Virus record (IMG/VR): IMGVR_UViG_3300017917_001151
Span: 1-64,000 of that record
Origin: a virus
Length of the DNA: 64,000 nt
Strand: one strand, 5' to 3'
Under the pieces are notes generated by a model. The model ran no database searches and was not told the origin of the DNA. It saw nothing but the letters and a program-made list of their open reading frames with translations. Made by a program: the position numbers and the translations under genes. How positions within the stretch are numbered: position 1 is the first letter of the stretch; every line of letters begins with the position of its first letter. This document shows, piece after piece, positions 27,218 through 35,920 of this stretch.

Positions 27218-28047
27218 TATTCAATTCTTCCAAATCCGCTCCAAATGCCAGGACTACCTGACTGTGTACATACCCAACCTATAAATTTTCCAGGATGTGG
27301 ATAGTTGTTCCAAACTATGTCGCCTTCGTTAAATGCACCACCGGATGGAGGTTCGTTGCCGCTAAGGTGTAATTTATCGTTAAATTTAAGAGCACCGTTA
27401 ACGTGTAGTTTACTTCTAGGATCTGGATTTTGAACATTGATGCCTAGACTTCCTATAATAGAAACTTTTGAATCACCTGTAGCAGGATTTCCTAGAGTGA
27501 TATTTCCACCTGCTGTAATAGATATTCTAGGCGTGTTATCAGTGGATAGTTCTAAGTCTGTATAATTGTAAGTGCCAATCCTTGCGGTGTTTATGTCAGA
27601 AGCGCCTATAACTAAATCTACATTTTGGTCGATAAGGTTAATGGTCGCTTTAGGTTGATCAGTCCCTATGCCTAGTCTATCAGTATTAGAATCATATATT
27701 AAGTATTGATTTACACTCAATCCACCGTCGACAATAAGACCTTTTAAGTGTCCAACTTCTCTAAGATTACTTTTTGTAACTGTTGGTCCTAGTTCTTGAT
27801 CATCGAGTAATTTGATACCGTTTACAGAAATGCTTTTACCTTTTGCTAGGTCGAGATTTTCTGATAAAAATATTCTATCTGGTTTACTAAAGTAAACTAG
27901 TTGTTTATTATATCCTTGTCCGGCCCAAAGAATTCCTTTCCCTTCGATGTCGCCTTCGATTTTAATATAGGGAACACTTCCTGTAATGGAAGAACTTTCT
28001 TCGTGTAATTCTTTTATTAGTGTTGCTAATTGTTCAATTTTAGACAT
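27217..28047 (-). CDS. putative virion fibre/structural protein (paralog of 28049-29143)
   Basis: RLGIGTDQP, LHVNG, GDIVWN...GWVCT..G.PG.W; start placed at MSKIEQ. Confidence 0.7.
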   Translation of the reverse strand: MSKIEQLATLIKELHEESSSITGSVPYIKIEGDIEGKGILWAGQGYNKQLVYFSKPDRIFLSENLDLAKGKSISVNGIKLLDDQELGPTVTKSNLREVGHLKGLIVDGGLSVNQYLIYDSNTDRLGIGTDQPKATINLIDQNVDLVIGASDINTARIGTYNYTDLELSTDNTPRISITAGGNITLGNPATGDSKVSIIGSLGINVQNPDPRSKLHVNGALKFNDKLHLSGNEPPSGGAFNEGDIVWNNYPHPGKFIGWVCTQSGSPGIWSGFGRIE

Positions 28048-28048
28048 A

Positions 28049-29143
28049 TTATGAGTTTCCAATCTTACCAAACGGTTCCCATAAGCCAGGAGCTCCTGCC
28101 TGTACACAAATCCAACCCACATACTGATTAATTCTCGGATTTGAATTCCACACTATATCGCCTGAATTATATGCTCCACTAGTAGGATATGTTTCTCCTA
28201 CGGTTTGTAGTTTGTTACTGAATCTCACTGGACCGTTTACATGAAGGTCTACTTCGGGATCCGGTGTTGAAACTCTTATAGATAATTTTCCGTGTACAGA
28301 TACCTGCACAGGAGCTATCTTGGGATTACCTAAATTAATATTTCCGCTAGAGCTAATGATAATTCTAGCTGTGTTATCTGTGCCAATTTCTAAATTATGA
28401 CTGGCATAGGTTCCGATAAATCCTTTTACTGTATCTTTAGATCCGAGTATAAGTTCTACATCGCCTTCTACAATACTGAGTGCGGCATTCGGATCTTCTG
28501 TACCTAGCCCTAGTCTGTTTGTATCTGATCTAAATGAAACGTATTGACTTATAGATACATCACCGTCTACGATTAATCCTTGTAGTCTTCCTACCTGTTT
28601 TAGATTACTTTTTGTAATAGTAGGACCTAATTCTTGTTCATCTATGAGTTTAACATTATTGACGGTTATACTTTTGCCTTTGCCTAAATCTAAATTTTCA
28701 GACACAAAAATTCTATCTGGATTACTAAAATAAACTAATTGCTTGGTGTAACCTTTTCCGGACCATAGCAGACCTTTGCCGTCGAGAACATCTCCGCCGA
28801 ACGATATAGGAACATCTTTTTCAAACTTAATGTCGGCTTTGATTTCTTCTACTTCTAATATCTTAGTTTTTAGGGTGCCGTTTACTGTTAGATTATCTAA
28901 GTTTTCTACAAAAAGATTTTTTGCGTGTACGCCAAATTCGTCTAAGGTTAACTGTGTTTTTGATGCTGTATCTTTGATACCGGTACTGGCAAAATTAGTA
29001 ATAGTACCGCCGTTGATATGATCTCCTGTTAGGGATCTAAGAGGTAATTTACGTGCTATTTCTTTAGCATCGGGAGCACCTCGCTGGGCTATTCCTTGGA
29101 TTTCGTCAGCTAATGCGGCTAGGATTTGGTTGATATTGCTCAT
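28049..29143 (-). CDS. putative virion fibre/structural protein
   Basis: Same motifs as downstream paralog; start at MSNINQ, 7 nt after a TAAATA box. Confidence 0.7.
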   Translation of the reverse strand: MSNINQILAALADEIQGIAQRGAPDAKEIARKLPLRSLTGDHINGGTITNFASTGIKDTASKTQLTLDEFGVHAKNLFVENLDNLTVNGTLKTKILEVEEIKADIKFEKDVPISFGGDVLDGKGLLWSGKGYTKQLVYFSNPDRIFVSENLDLGKGKSITVNNVKLIDEQELGPTITKSNLKQVGRLQGLIVDGDVSISQYVSFRSDTNRLGLGTEDPNAALSIVEGDVELILGSKDTVKGFIGTYASHNLEIGTDNTARIIISSSGNINLGNPKIAPVQVSVHGKLSIRVSTPDPEVDLHVNGPVRFSNKLQTVGETYPTSGAYNSGDIVWNSNPRINQYVGWICVQAGAPGLWEPFGKIGNS

Positions 29144-29150
29144 AGTATTG

Positions 29151-29156
29151 TATTTA
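29151..29156 (-). promoter_or_regulatory. late-type TAAATA box
   Basis: cggaTAAATAcaatactATG, directly after the terminator. Confidence 0.65.
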
Positions 29157-29165
29157 TCCGCCAAC

Positions 29166-29191
29166 AAAAAAGCAGGCCGAAGCCTGCTTTT
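29166..29191 (-). terminator. rho-independent terminator with C(UUCG)G tetraloop
   Basis: Minus strand AAAAGCAGGC-TTCG-GCCTGCTTTTTT downstream of the 390-aa gene. Confidence 0.88.
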
Positions 29192-29208
29192 ACTGAGTAT
29201 TTACTTTG

Positions 29209-30381
29209 TTATTGTACTTTAAGTAGGATAGTATCTTCGTTGATACGTCCGTTGAGCTTAATATCTACTGCTTTAATGTCCTCTAGGAACTTACGCAGAG
29301 CAACTTTACCTGCATCTTTAAATGCTTTGAGTTGTTCTTCTGGCTTACGCAGAGTCTTTTGTACGCTCTTGATCGTGTCGTAGCCAGTGATCGTAGTACC
29401 TTTAACTCCGAGCTCGTTAAACTCACCAGCAACATATTTGCCCAACTTACGAGTTTTGGTATTGTAGATCCAAAGCTCTTTAGCACCAATAATGTCCGTA
29501 GGATTAATAGACACTAGTTTTAGAGTCTGCTCGGTTTTCATGTACTTGAGCTTGCCTACGATCTTCTCAGCAGGTACAGCTTTGCGAGCACGTGGCTTCT
29601 TGTTAACCTTAGCTTCCTGCATGAGCATGTCACAGGCAGTAAGAATATCATTATAGAAAGCTACGATCTTCTTGACCTGTGCTTTGCTCAAATGGCTGTA
29701 ACCTTCTTTGAGCTGATCGCACTTGCCTTCTTGAAGCTCAAGGTATTCATCATACTGACGCTTGTAAACGTCTTTGATAATACGAGCGTGTGCGGCTTTA
29801 GCCTGTTTTCCTTTAAGAAGGTTAAGTACCTTAAATACTTTAGGATCAAAGGATTCTGGATCTGTAGCAAACGATTCGATAGCATCTTCGATTTCTTCAG
29901 TCATCTTATAAGAAGCTTCACGAACACGATCCTGGATGCTAGGCAGTTGGACAGCGGGTTTAACTTCTTGACTGTCTTCGGGCTCTTGCTCGTCATCCTT
30001 GCCTTCTTCAATAATCTTAGCAATTGATTTGCTCAACCATTCTGCGGTACTACGACCTTCGTTAAAGTCTGCACGTTGAGCAGGCATACCTTTAAGGAGA
30101 TTGGCCGCAACTGCACCAACAGTTACAGAACAGCGATTATCTTTGGTATCCTTGAATGCTTTGATAACATCCTTAGGATAATTCTGGCTGCTCATCCAAT
30201 TAATGACTTTGGGCTTGAGTTCTTTACCAGAGCTTTCCAAACGGTACCACTCCATAGAAACTCGGAAGTGTTTATTAAACTGTTCAGCAGTCATCGATTC
30301 GTGATCGTCCCACTTTGGACTTAGATCACGCCCTTTATTCTGACGAATAGCGATAGCTGCTTTTTTGAGTTTAGTTGCCAT
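29209..30381 (-). CDS. conserved hypothetical phage protein (390 aa, Lys-rich)
   Basis: Long ORF with SD, own sigma70 promoter and terminator. Confidence 0.8.
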   Translation of the reverse strand: MATKLKKAAIAIRQNKGRDLSPKWDDHESMTAEQFNKHFRVSMEWYRLESSGKELKPKVINWMSSQNYPKDVIKAFKDTKDNRCSVTVGAVAANLLKGMPAQRADFNEGRSTAEWLSKSIAKIIEEGKDDEQEPEDSQEVKPAVQLPSIQDRVREASYKMTEEIEDAIESFATDPESFDPKVFKVLNLLKGKQAKAAHARIIKDVYKRQYDEYLELQEGKCDQLKEGYSHLSKAQVKKIVAFYNDILTACDMLMQEAKVNKKPRARKAVPAEKIVGKLKYMKTEQTLKLVSINPTDIIGAKELWIYNTKTRKLGKYVAGEFNELGVKGTTITGYDTIKSVQKTLRKPEEQLKAFKDAGKVALRKFLEDIKAVDIKLNGRINEDTILLKVQ

Positions 30382-30415
30382 TTAGATTCACTCCTAACTG
30401 TTTAACAATACTTAT

Positions 30416-30444
30416 ATTATACGGCCAAAAGATCATTTTGTCAA
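30416..30444 (-). promoter_or_regulatory. consensus sigma70 (early) promoter
   Basis: TTGACA-17 bp-TATAAT. Confidence 0.85.
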
Positions 30445-30635
30445 CCTTGTTCAAACCGATCTATCTCAACCAAATCGCCTTCTTCATTTTCTCTGTATAC
30501 TATAGTTTGAAGATATCCTAGGCCTAAATTGGCTTCGGCAATTTCGTATGCTTCTTTCTTACTGCTGGTTGTTTCTAACAGCTCTTCGTGGAACGATTCG
30601 TCCACGCCCCAGACCTCGTAAAGTTCCCAGGTCAT
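30441..30635 (-). CDS. acidic hypothetical protein (64 aa)
   Basis: ORF with upstream AGGAG. Confidence 0.65.
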   Translation of the reverse strand: MTWELYEVWGVDESFHEELLETTSSKKEAYEIAEANLGLGYLQTIVYRENEEGDLVEIDRFEQG

Positions 30636-30657
30636 GATAAATTATTAATCTCCTAAG

Positions 30658-31194
30658 TTAAACAAATTTTTCCCAATCTCCACCGGGCGCCACTGCCCAG
30701 CCAAGACGTTGGAGATCATTCCGAATCTCGTCGGTGATGCAACCTTCTGGTACTAGATCAACTGCAAGTTCTTCGTCGTAGCTCATACCGCCACGGATGC
30801 CAGAACAGTACCAATCTATATAGTCACCTTCCTGTCGCATGTCTGCGATTATGCCTCCGGCATAGCGCCAAGAGCAACTCCATTCCTCTTGTTTAAGCAC
30901 AGGAATAACTTCCAATCTAATAAATCCGTTATTACACATAGCCGCATATAAGTTTTGGGCATAGATTTCGGACGAACGAACTTTCTCCAAAACCCAATCA
31001 GTGGTTAGGAGATCGTACTCCATATTGTTTATTCTGCTTTCGGGATCATCAAATCTTTGATCGTATTGTTTGAGATGTTTCTCAAACATTTCTAGATAAT
31101 CGGGATTAGGTTCTTCACCTTTTTCTTCGCACCGTTCAACATAACCCTCTTTTTGGAAAGTCATTCTTTCAGGACTCTTGCTGATCTTTTTCAT
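30658..31194 (-). CDS. hypothetical protein (178 aa)
   Basis: YAQNLYAAMCNN...SWRYAGGIIAD...YIDWYCSG; function unknown. Confidence 0.75.
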   Translation of the reverse strand: MKKISKSPERMTFQKEGYVERCEEKGEEPNPDYLEMFEKHLKQYDQRFDDPESRINNMEYDLLTTDWVLEKVRSSEIYAQNLYAAMCNNGFIRLEVIPVLKQEEWSCSWRYAGGIIADMRQEGDYIDWYCSGIRGGMSYDEELAVDLVPEGCITDEIRNDLQRLGWAVAPGGDWEKFV

Positions 31195-31669
31195 GGTCGT
31201 AAGGTTCTACGTTTTCTTCTATAACAGCAGTATCACCGTAGCCGTTGGCATCGACTAGATCGATCTTAACTGGTCCTAGGATAGCCACGTGATCGTCCTC
31301 AATTTCCCAATTGTGGTCTCCGTCGTAGAGCCACGCAGTGCCCCAACGTCCTTCGTCATCTTCCTTTTCGCCACGTAGTATAGCTTCGATATCTTCTTTT
31401 TCTTCTTCTGTAAATCCATCACCGAAGTTTACATAAACACCGCAGAGATCGTCTAGCTCACAGCCCCAACCTACCTGCGGATTACAATGCACACGATCTG
31501 TTTCAGTTTTCCATACAGGTTCGTCTTCTTCTCGGAAGGCCTGTCCCCATCGCCATATTTCAGTTACATCAAAACCTCGAATAGTTCCGTCGGGCATACG
31601 CTCGAATACGTCAACAAAATATTCAACAGATTTCTTTTCTAACGGAGTGATGCGATAGAGCTTTTCCAT
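31169..31669 (-). CDS. acidic hypothetical protein (166 aa)
   Basis: Coupled ORF, Asp/Glu-rich. Confidence 0.75.
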   Translation of the reverse strand: MEKLYRITPLEKKSVEYFVDVFERMPDGTIRGFDVTEIWRWGQAFREEDEPVWKTETDRVHCNPQVGWGCELDDLCGVYVNFGDGFTEEEKEDIEAILRGEKEDDEGRWGTAWLYDGDHNWEIEDDHVAILGPVKIDLVDANGYGDTAVIEENVEPYDHEKDQQES

Positions 31670-32163
31670 TATTCTTCCTTGAATTCTACACAGTTACCAT
31701 CTTCGTCTGCAACAACAATCTTAACTTGATTGCCATCGGCATCTTCAATAACAATAGGACCCCAGCACCAAGCTTCGCTTTCGTCGAGCATCCAACCTTC
31801 TTGGTCTTCTAGGACTTCGTAGGCACCTTCCTCGGCGATGAGTTCCTCTAGACGTTCAATCTCTTCTTCGTCCATATCCTCGGGCCATTCCCAATCTTCC
31901 CAGCAGCCGTCATTCATGCCTTCTAGCTCTGAGCTCTCGATATTTGGTCCAGACAGGCTGTACATATTAACACTGTCTTTCTTACCATCGCCACCTGGAA
32001 CGAATTCGAATTCAAACTCTGGCGGATTATCATCAGTGGTCTCTACATAAAAACTAGCCCAACGGAAACCAGTCTTGCGACGGATAGTCATGCCATCTTT
32101 GACATAGAGCTCGTGTTCTTCACAGGACTTTTTATAGTAGGTTGATACTTTCCAATTAGCCAT
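31669..32163 (-). CDS. acidic hypothetical protein (164 aa)
   Basis: Coupled ORF, very Asp/Glu-rich; weak similarity to neighbour. Confidence 0.75.
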   Translation of the reverse strand: MANWKVSTYYKKSCEEHELYVKDGMTIRRKTGFRWASFYVETTDDNPPEFEFEFVPGGDGKKDSVNMYSLSGPNIESSELEGMNDGCWEDWEWPEDMDEEEIERLEELIAEEGAYEVLEDQEGWMLDESEAWCWGPIVIEDADGNQVKIVVADEDGNCVEFKEE

Positions 32164-32506
32164 TTTTCTTCTCCAGACGTTGTTTACGGAATGCCTTTGA
32201 ATCTTCGATTGCCTTTTTTAAAGTTTCTGCATAGTTAAGAGCTGTCTGCTCGTTCATTGTCAGAACTGTTTCATGCTGTAAGTAACCTTTGGTTAGCAAT
32301 GTCCAAATTTGTTTAAACCGATTTATTGACCACCAAGGGCTTTTTACATCAGCATAAATTGTTACAGTGATGCCTGTGTCCTCTGCTTCTACCCACAGAT
32401 TGTGTGAGTGATCGGGTTGTCCACAATCACATACAACGTGGTAAGACTTGGAATCTCCCCAGTCGTTGCTTTTTAGAATACCTTCTGCAGGTGTTTGCAA
32501 TTTCAT
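32156..32506 (-). CDS. hypothetical protein (116 aa)
   Basis: CDCG..DHSH motif; coupled ORF. Confidence 0.7.
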   Translation of the reverse strand: MKLQTPAEGILKSNDWGDSKSYHVVCDCGQPDHSHNLWVEAEDTGITVTIYADVKSPWWSINRFKQIWTLLTKGYLQHETVLTMNEQTALNYAETLKKAIEDSKAFRKQRLEKKNG

Positions 32507-32766
32507 TGTAGAGTTCTACCTTTTGCGTTTTGTTCTTGTTGATCTAATCGTTCTAACATCTCGATGTCGTCTTCATCGAGATCATCTAGGTCCAGAGGAC
32601 GAGCATTCTTTTGAAACTCGCCGCTTTGAAACATTTCTTTGATCTGTGCAACTAGTTCGTCGAGTTCTTCTTGGGTACCTTCGAAATTGTCAAAGCAACC
32701 GGGAGCGAACTGGATCTTAAGTTCTTTAACTTCGTCTGCTGTAAGGTCTTGTAATTTTTTAGTCAT
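32503..32766 (-). CDS. acidic hypothetical protein (87 aa)
   Basis: FAPGCFDNFEGTQEELDEL; coupled ORF. Confidence 0.7.
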   Translation of the reverse strand: MTKKLQDLTADEVKELKIQFAPGCFDNFEGTQEELDELVAQIKEMFQSGEFQKNARPLDLDDLDEDDIEMLERLDQQEQNAKGRTLQ

Positions 32767-32975
32767 AGTGTTTTTACCTGATCTCGTTTATCGTAGATGC
32801 TTTGGACTATCTTTTGATAATCTTCTTCGTCCATGATTGTTTTATAAAAAGTTAGTCCTTGGATTACTAGGATTGATGCTATTTCTAACGCACTGTGTTC
32901 TTCCAACATAATACGGTTAAAGGCCATATATTTTTCGTATAGGTCTTCTACACCTTTGCCTTCTTCAAACAGCAT
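32763..32975 (-). CDS. hypothetical protein (70 aa; start re-assigned to MLFEEG)
   Basis: Upstream part of the track ORF overlaps a better ORF in another frame. Confidence 0.55.
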   Translation of the reverse strand: MLFEEGKGVEDLYEKYMAFNRIMLEEHSALEIASILVIQGLTFYKTIMDEEDYQKIVQSIYDKRDQVKTL

Positions 32976-33132
32976 CTCTGGTCCTTTGATGTTTATACTC
33001 TCTTTTAAGCCACCACTTAAATTTACTAAAATATTCTTCGTAGGTGTACTTAGGAATATTAGTTTGAAAATGTTCTTCACAATTTTCATACCAAAGTTCT
33101 CGAACCCAAGTTCTAAAAGCAGAAGATTTCAT
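32965..33132 (-). CDS. small Trp/Tyr-rich protein (55 aa; not in ORF track)
   Basis: Hand translation MKSSAFRTWVRELWYENCEEHFQTNIPKYTYEEYFSKFKWWLKREYKHQRTRDAV; starts immediately after the upstream stop. Confidence 0.7.
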   Translation of the reverse strand: MKSSAFRTWVRELWYENCEEHFQTNIPKYTYEEYFSKFKWWLKREYKHQRTRDAV

Positions 33133-33133
33133 T

Positions 33134-33943
33134 TTATGTCCATAGTGATTGACGAACCTTAATAAGACGAATCATCATTTCTTCGTCCTCTTTATCATAT
33201 TGTGCTTCCAACTCACGGCTCTTGTCAAGAGCTGTGCGGCACATTTCGGCTTCTTCTGAAGTCTTATCTTCCATATCTAGAAGATGATAGCCCTTTTCTC
33301 TGCGCATATTGCAGTAGGCAGTCCACCCGCTGGCATCGTGTACATCGGGACGATTTGGATAAACTTCTTTCCACCAAGTGTAGAGTTCTAGGATTTCTCG
33401 GGCAGCTTTGGCCTGATAGGTAGGTTCAGGAGTTTGACCTTCTTCGATAAAGTCTTTGTTGGTCAAAGTCATCGCCCATTTTAAGTGTTCGATGCCTGCT
33501 TCCGGACAACGCCATTGACGATACCAACGGCGCCACCAAGGGTAATTATACTTTTTACGGGCAGCTTCGTCCCAAAGACAGTGATGCCACGCCTGTTCTA
33601 TTTCAACGAATTCAACAAGTTCGTTAAAAAGGCATGGCAGGAATCGATTCCCAACATCGCACCAAGTGCCACGGTGGATATCGCGAGGGTGAGCAGAAAG
33701 ACAATGAGTGCGAGTAATAAAGCGATTGTTGATATAATATCGAACATTATCGATCCTTTCTGGTATCCAACACCAAACGTTTTGGATATAATCCAATCCT
33801 TCTTCAGCCAGCCACCAACGAATGGGGTACTTGGCTTTAGCAGCCTTTTCCCATTCAGACCACTCCTTGCCTGTACCGCACTGAAGCTTAGTGGTGCCGC
33901 GGATCCAATCCGCAAATTTTGAACAAGTCCAATAATTTCTCAT
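33134..33943 (-). CDS. Trp-rich hypothetical protein (269 aa)
   Basis: First ORF after a consensus sigma70 promoter. Confidence 0.8.
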   Translation of the reverse strand: MRNYWTCSKFADWIRGTTKLQCGTGKEWSEWEKAAKAKYPIRWWLAEEGLDYIQNVWCWIPERIDNVRYYINNRFITRTHCLSAHPRDIHRGTWCDVGNRFLPCLFNELVEFVEIEQAWHHCLWDEAARKKYNYPWWRRWYRQWRCPEAGIEHLKWAMTLTNKDFIEEGQTPEPTYQAKAAREILELYTWWKEVYPNRPDVHDASGWTAYCNMRREKGYHLLDMEDKTSEEAEMCRTALDKSRELEAQYDKEDEEMMIRLIKVRQSLWT

Positions 33944-33970
33944 ATAATTTTCTTTCTGTCGAACACTTTA

Positions 33971-33999
33971 ATTATACTAGAAATTTAAAAACCTGTCAA
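33971..33999 (-). promoter_or_regulatory. consensus sigma70 (early) promoter
   Basis: TTGACA-17 bp-TATAAT. Confidence 0.85.
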
Positions 34000-34016
34000 T
34001 ATGATTCAAAAACGAC

Positions 34017-34400
34017 TCAAAATTTTCTTTGGTAGCCTGCTAGATTGAGCATGATTGAATACTGCTCATAGGCTTTTTGGACAGCAGGATTTGTATTACG
34101 ATAGTATGACTCTTCTCGTTCCTTTTCCATTAGGATTTGGAACATATCAACTTCGCCCTGACTGTGCCGTTGCATCCTAAAGAAACGTCGTTCGAGTTCA
34201 ATTAGAGCCCTTAGACGACCTTCAGGGATTTCCATAGTAAACACTCTTTCAGTTTCGTACTCAATAACATCGTTTCTTATGATATCAGCACGTTCTGGAT
34301 CTGTAAAGAACTTAGGAGGATGATACCGTGCCCTACGCTTTTGATCGTTTAGGACACGGACCTCGTAGTTTTCACAAAAATCTTTTAGTTCTTCATTCAT
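34017..34400 (-). CDS. hypothetical protein (127 aa)
   Basis: Coupled to thyX; C-terminal NPAVQKAYEQY. Confidence 0.7.
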   Translation of the reverse strand: MNEELKDFCENYEVRVLNDQKRRARYHPPKFFTDPERADIIRNDVIEYETERVFTMEIPEGRLRALIELERRFFRMQRHSQGEVDMFQILMEKEREESYYRNTNPAVQKAYEQYSIMLNLAGYQRKF

Positions 34401-35079
34401 GTGACACTAGACTTTCCGTCATAGGAAATATAGCAGCGATGGCCTTAGCACAGGCTAGAGCAACTAGCTGATGTTCTTTTTGTGTACCGTTACCTGAACG
34501 TAGTTCAATGAAGTGTACCCACGAACGCAGTGTACCGTTCATATACAGTTTGCTTTCGATATTGCCTTCTGGTAGTACTGAGCGAGCCTGTTCTTTTGCT
34601 ATGCCGTTCGTGACAGCCCAAGTGTAGGCTTCACGAGAGGCTCTAATAACAGCCTGTTGTTTTTCTTCCCATAAACGTGCAAGCTCTCTCTGCTCAGGGT
34701 CTGCCAGGTCCAATTCGACAGAATTCTGTCTGTTTTTTGTGTCCTGCAATCGTGCTTCTCTAGTGACGAAGTTAAGATCTTTTGTAGGGTCAGCGTATCG
34801 TTGACTAAATTCCTGGAAGGAAAAACTTCTGTGTCGAAGAATTTGTCTTGCGATATCTCTGGTGGTGGTGATTTCCACACACGCTGATACCATTTCAAGG
34901 GGGCTCCAGTGGGCGTGTTTGACCAGGTATCGAATAAGTTTCTCTGATGTTTCGGAGTTAAATTGATTGCTTGGATTGCTGACACGGGCGCAGTACGCGA
35001 TGAGTTCCTGTGCATCATCGATGCCCAAGTCTGCAAATTCTTTTGTTGGTTGTGAATAGGATACGAGTCGAACATCCAT
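34393..35079 (-). CDS. thyX: FAD-dependent thymidylate synthase
   Basis: HWSPLE, ThyX motif RQILRHRSFSFQEFSQRY, EQARSVLP, TQKEH. Confidence 0.97.
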   Translation of the reverse strand: MDVRLVSYSQPTKEFADLGIDDAQELIAYCARVSNPSNQFNSETSEKLIRYLVKHAHWSPLEMVSACVEITTTRDIARQILRHRSFSFQEFSQRYADPTKDLNFVTREARLQDTKNRQNSVELDLADPEQRELARLWEEKQQAVIRASREAYTWAVTNGIAKEQARSVLPEGNIESKLYMNGTLRSWVHFIELRSGNGTQKEHQLVALACAKAIAAIFPMTESLVSHE

Positions 35080-35525
35080 TATGATTCCTTTAATATCTTC
35101 ATTAACTTCTCTTTTTCGAGAAGATCTTTTTCTAGCTCTATATATTGTTGCCTAAGTTCTTTAAGTTTTTCCCAACGACCTTCTAGTTCGGGATTGGGTT
35201 TAAGAATGCCTAGACGCTCTTCGATTTTTTCTATAGCTTCGGTTAAACTTTTCCCGCCTATCTTTATATCAGCACCTTCTTTCATAGTCAGTCCGTCAGC
35301 ATCAATATGTACATTAGAAGGTTGATAATATTGACTAGATGTCCAACTAACAGTGCTAGAAGTTCCTGACGATAGTGTATAACCATTAGTAGGTAAGGTC
35401 ACCGAACTAGTCGTCCATGTAGAAGGATCTAAAGTAATAGTATCAACGCCGGCACCACCTATAGAATAACTGGTGCCAGCGCCGTAACCTGAACCAAGAA
35501 CAACTGTGTTGTCTTGATCGGACAT
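35079..35525 (-). CDS. hypothetical protein (Ser/Thr-rich N-terminus, coiled-coil C-terminus)
   Basis: IEERLGILKPNPELE..W..LKEL; start placed at MSDQDN. Confidence 0.7.
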   Translation of the reverse strand: MSDQDNTVVLGSGYGAGTSYSIGGAGVDTITLDPSTWTTSSVTLPTNGYTLSSGTSSTVSWTSSQYYQPSNVHIDADGLTMKEGADIKIGGKSLTEAIEKIEERLGILKPNPELEGRWEKLKELRQQYIELEKDLLEKEKLMKILKES

Positions 35526-35526
35526 A

Positions 35527-35724
35527 TTACTTGCCTGCTGCTTTGGCTTCTTTGCGGGCGTTCTTTTCTTCGGTGATTTCATTACGACGAGCCTTTACTA
35601 GTTTGGCTACCTCTTGTAATGCCTTACGAGCACGAGTACCTGCTGCGCCGTTGCCTGATGTAAATTTAGCATCTTCTGCTAGAAACTCTTCAAACTGTGA
35701 TTTTAATTGTTCTACTGTTGACAT
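35527..35724 (-). CDS. histone H1-like (Hc1-type) small basic protein
   Basis: KF..GN.AAGTRARKAL.E..KL.K..R.EI. Confidence 0.8.
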   Translation of the reverse strand: MSTVEQLKSQFEEFLAEDAKFTSGNGAAGTRARKALQEVAKLVKARRNEITEEKNARKEAKAAGK

Positions 35725-35745
35725 ATATTATTTCCTTATAATAAT

Positions 35746-35857
35746 TGGTGTGGTCGGTAGGTTTCGAACCTACAAAGGCTGCGTCTAAGACTGCGCCCCA
35801 TCACCAGCTTTTCCTTTCGGAAGAAGCGGCAGGTCTGCCAATTCCACTCACGACCAC
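35746..35857 (-). ncRNA. atypical 112-nt tRNA-like RNA (Leu-like D-loop and A discriminator, no canonical anticodon arm)
   Basis: 7-bp acceptor GTGGTCG/CGACCAC plus ACCA; D-loop GGAATTGGCAGA; T-arm GTAGG-TTCGAAA-CCTAC; two extra hairpins in between. Confidence 0.8.
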
Positions 35858-35863
35858 AAGTGT

Positions 35864-35892
35864 ATTATATAACCTTGTTTGTTGAAACACAA
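35864..35892 (-). promoter_or_regulatory. sigma70-type promoter for the tRNA-like RNA
   Basis: TTGTGT-17 bp-TATAAT ending about 6 nt before the RNA 5' end. Confidence 0.65.
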
Positions 35893-35904
35893 CCCCTTAG
35901 TGAT

Positions 35905-35910
35905 TAAATA
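35905..35910 (+). promoter_or_regulatory. late-type TAAATA box heading the radical SAM island
   Basis: TAAATA 10 nt before ATG 35921. Confidence 0.6.
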
Positions 35911-35920
35911 GTAGCATATT

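Noticed and set aside
24982-29167. ORF-track upstream starts (25857, 26015, 26523, 28122, 29167)
   Set aside because: They overlap neighbouring genes, promoters or the terminator; downstream ATGs fit SD, late-box or coupling context better
33485-35075. Alternative-frame ORFs over the 269-aa gene and thyX (33485+, 33598-, 34599-)
   Set aside because: Fully nested in well-supported genes; no independent evidence
35746-35857. Calling the element a standard tRNA-Leu or tmRNA
   Set aside because: No 7-nt loop on a 5-bp stem at the canonical anticodon position; far too short for tmRNA and lacks the G3-U70 alanine pair
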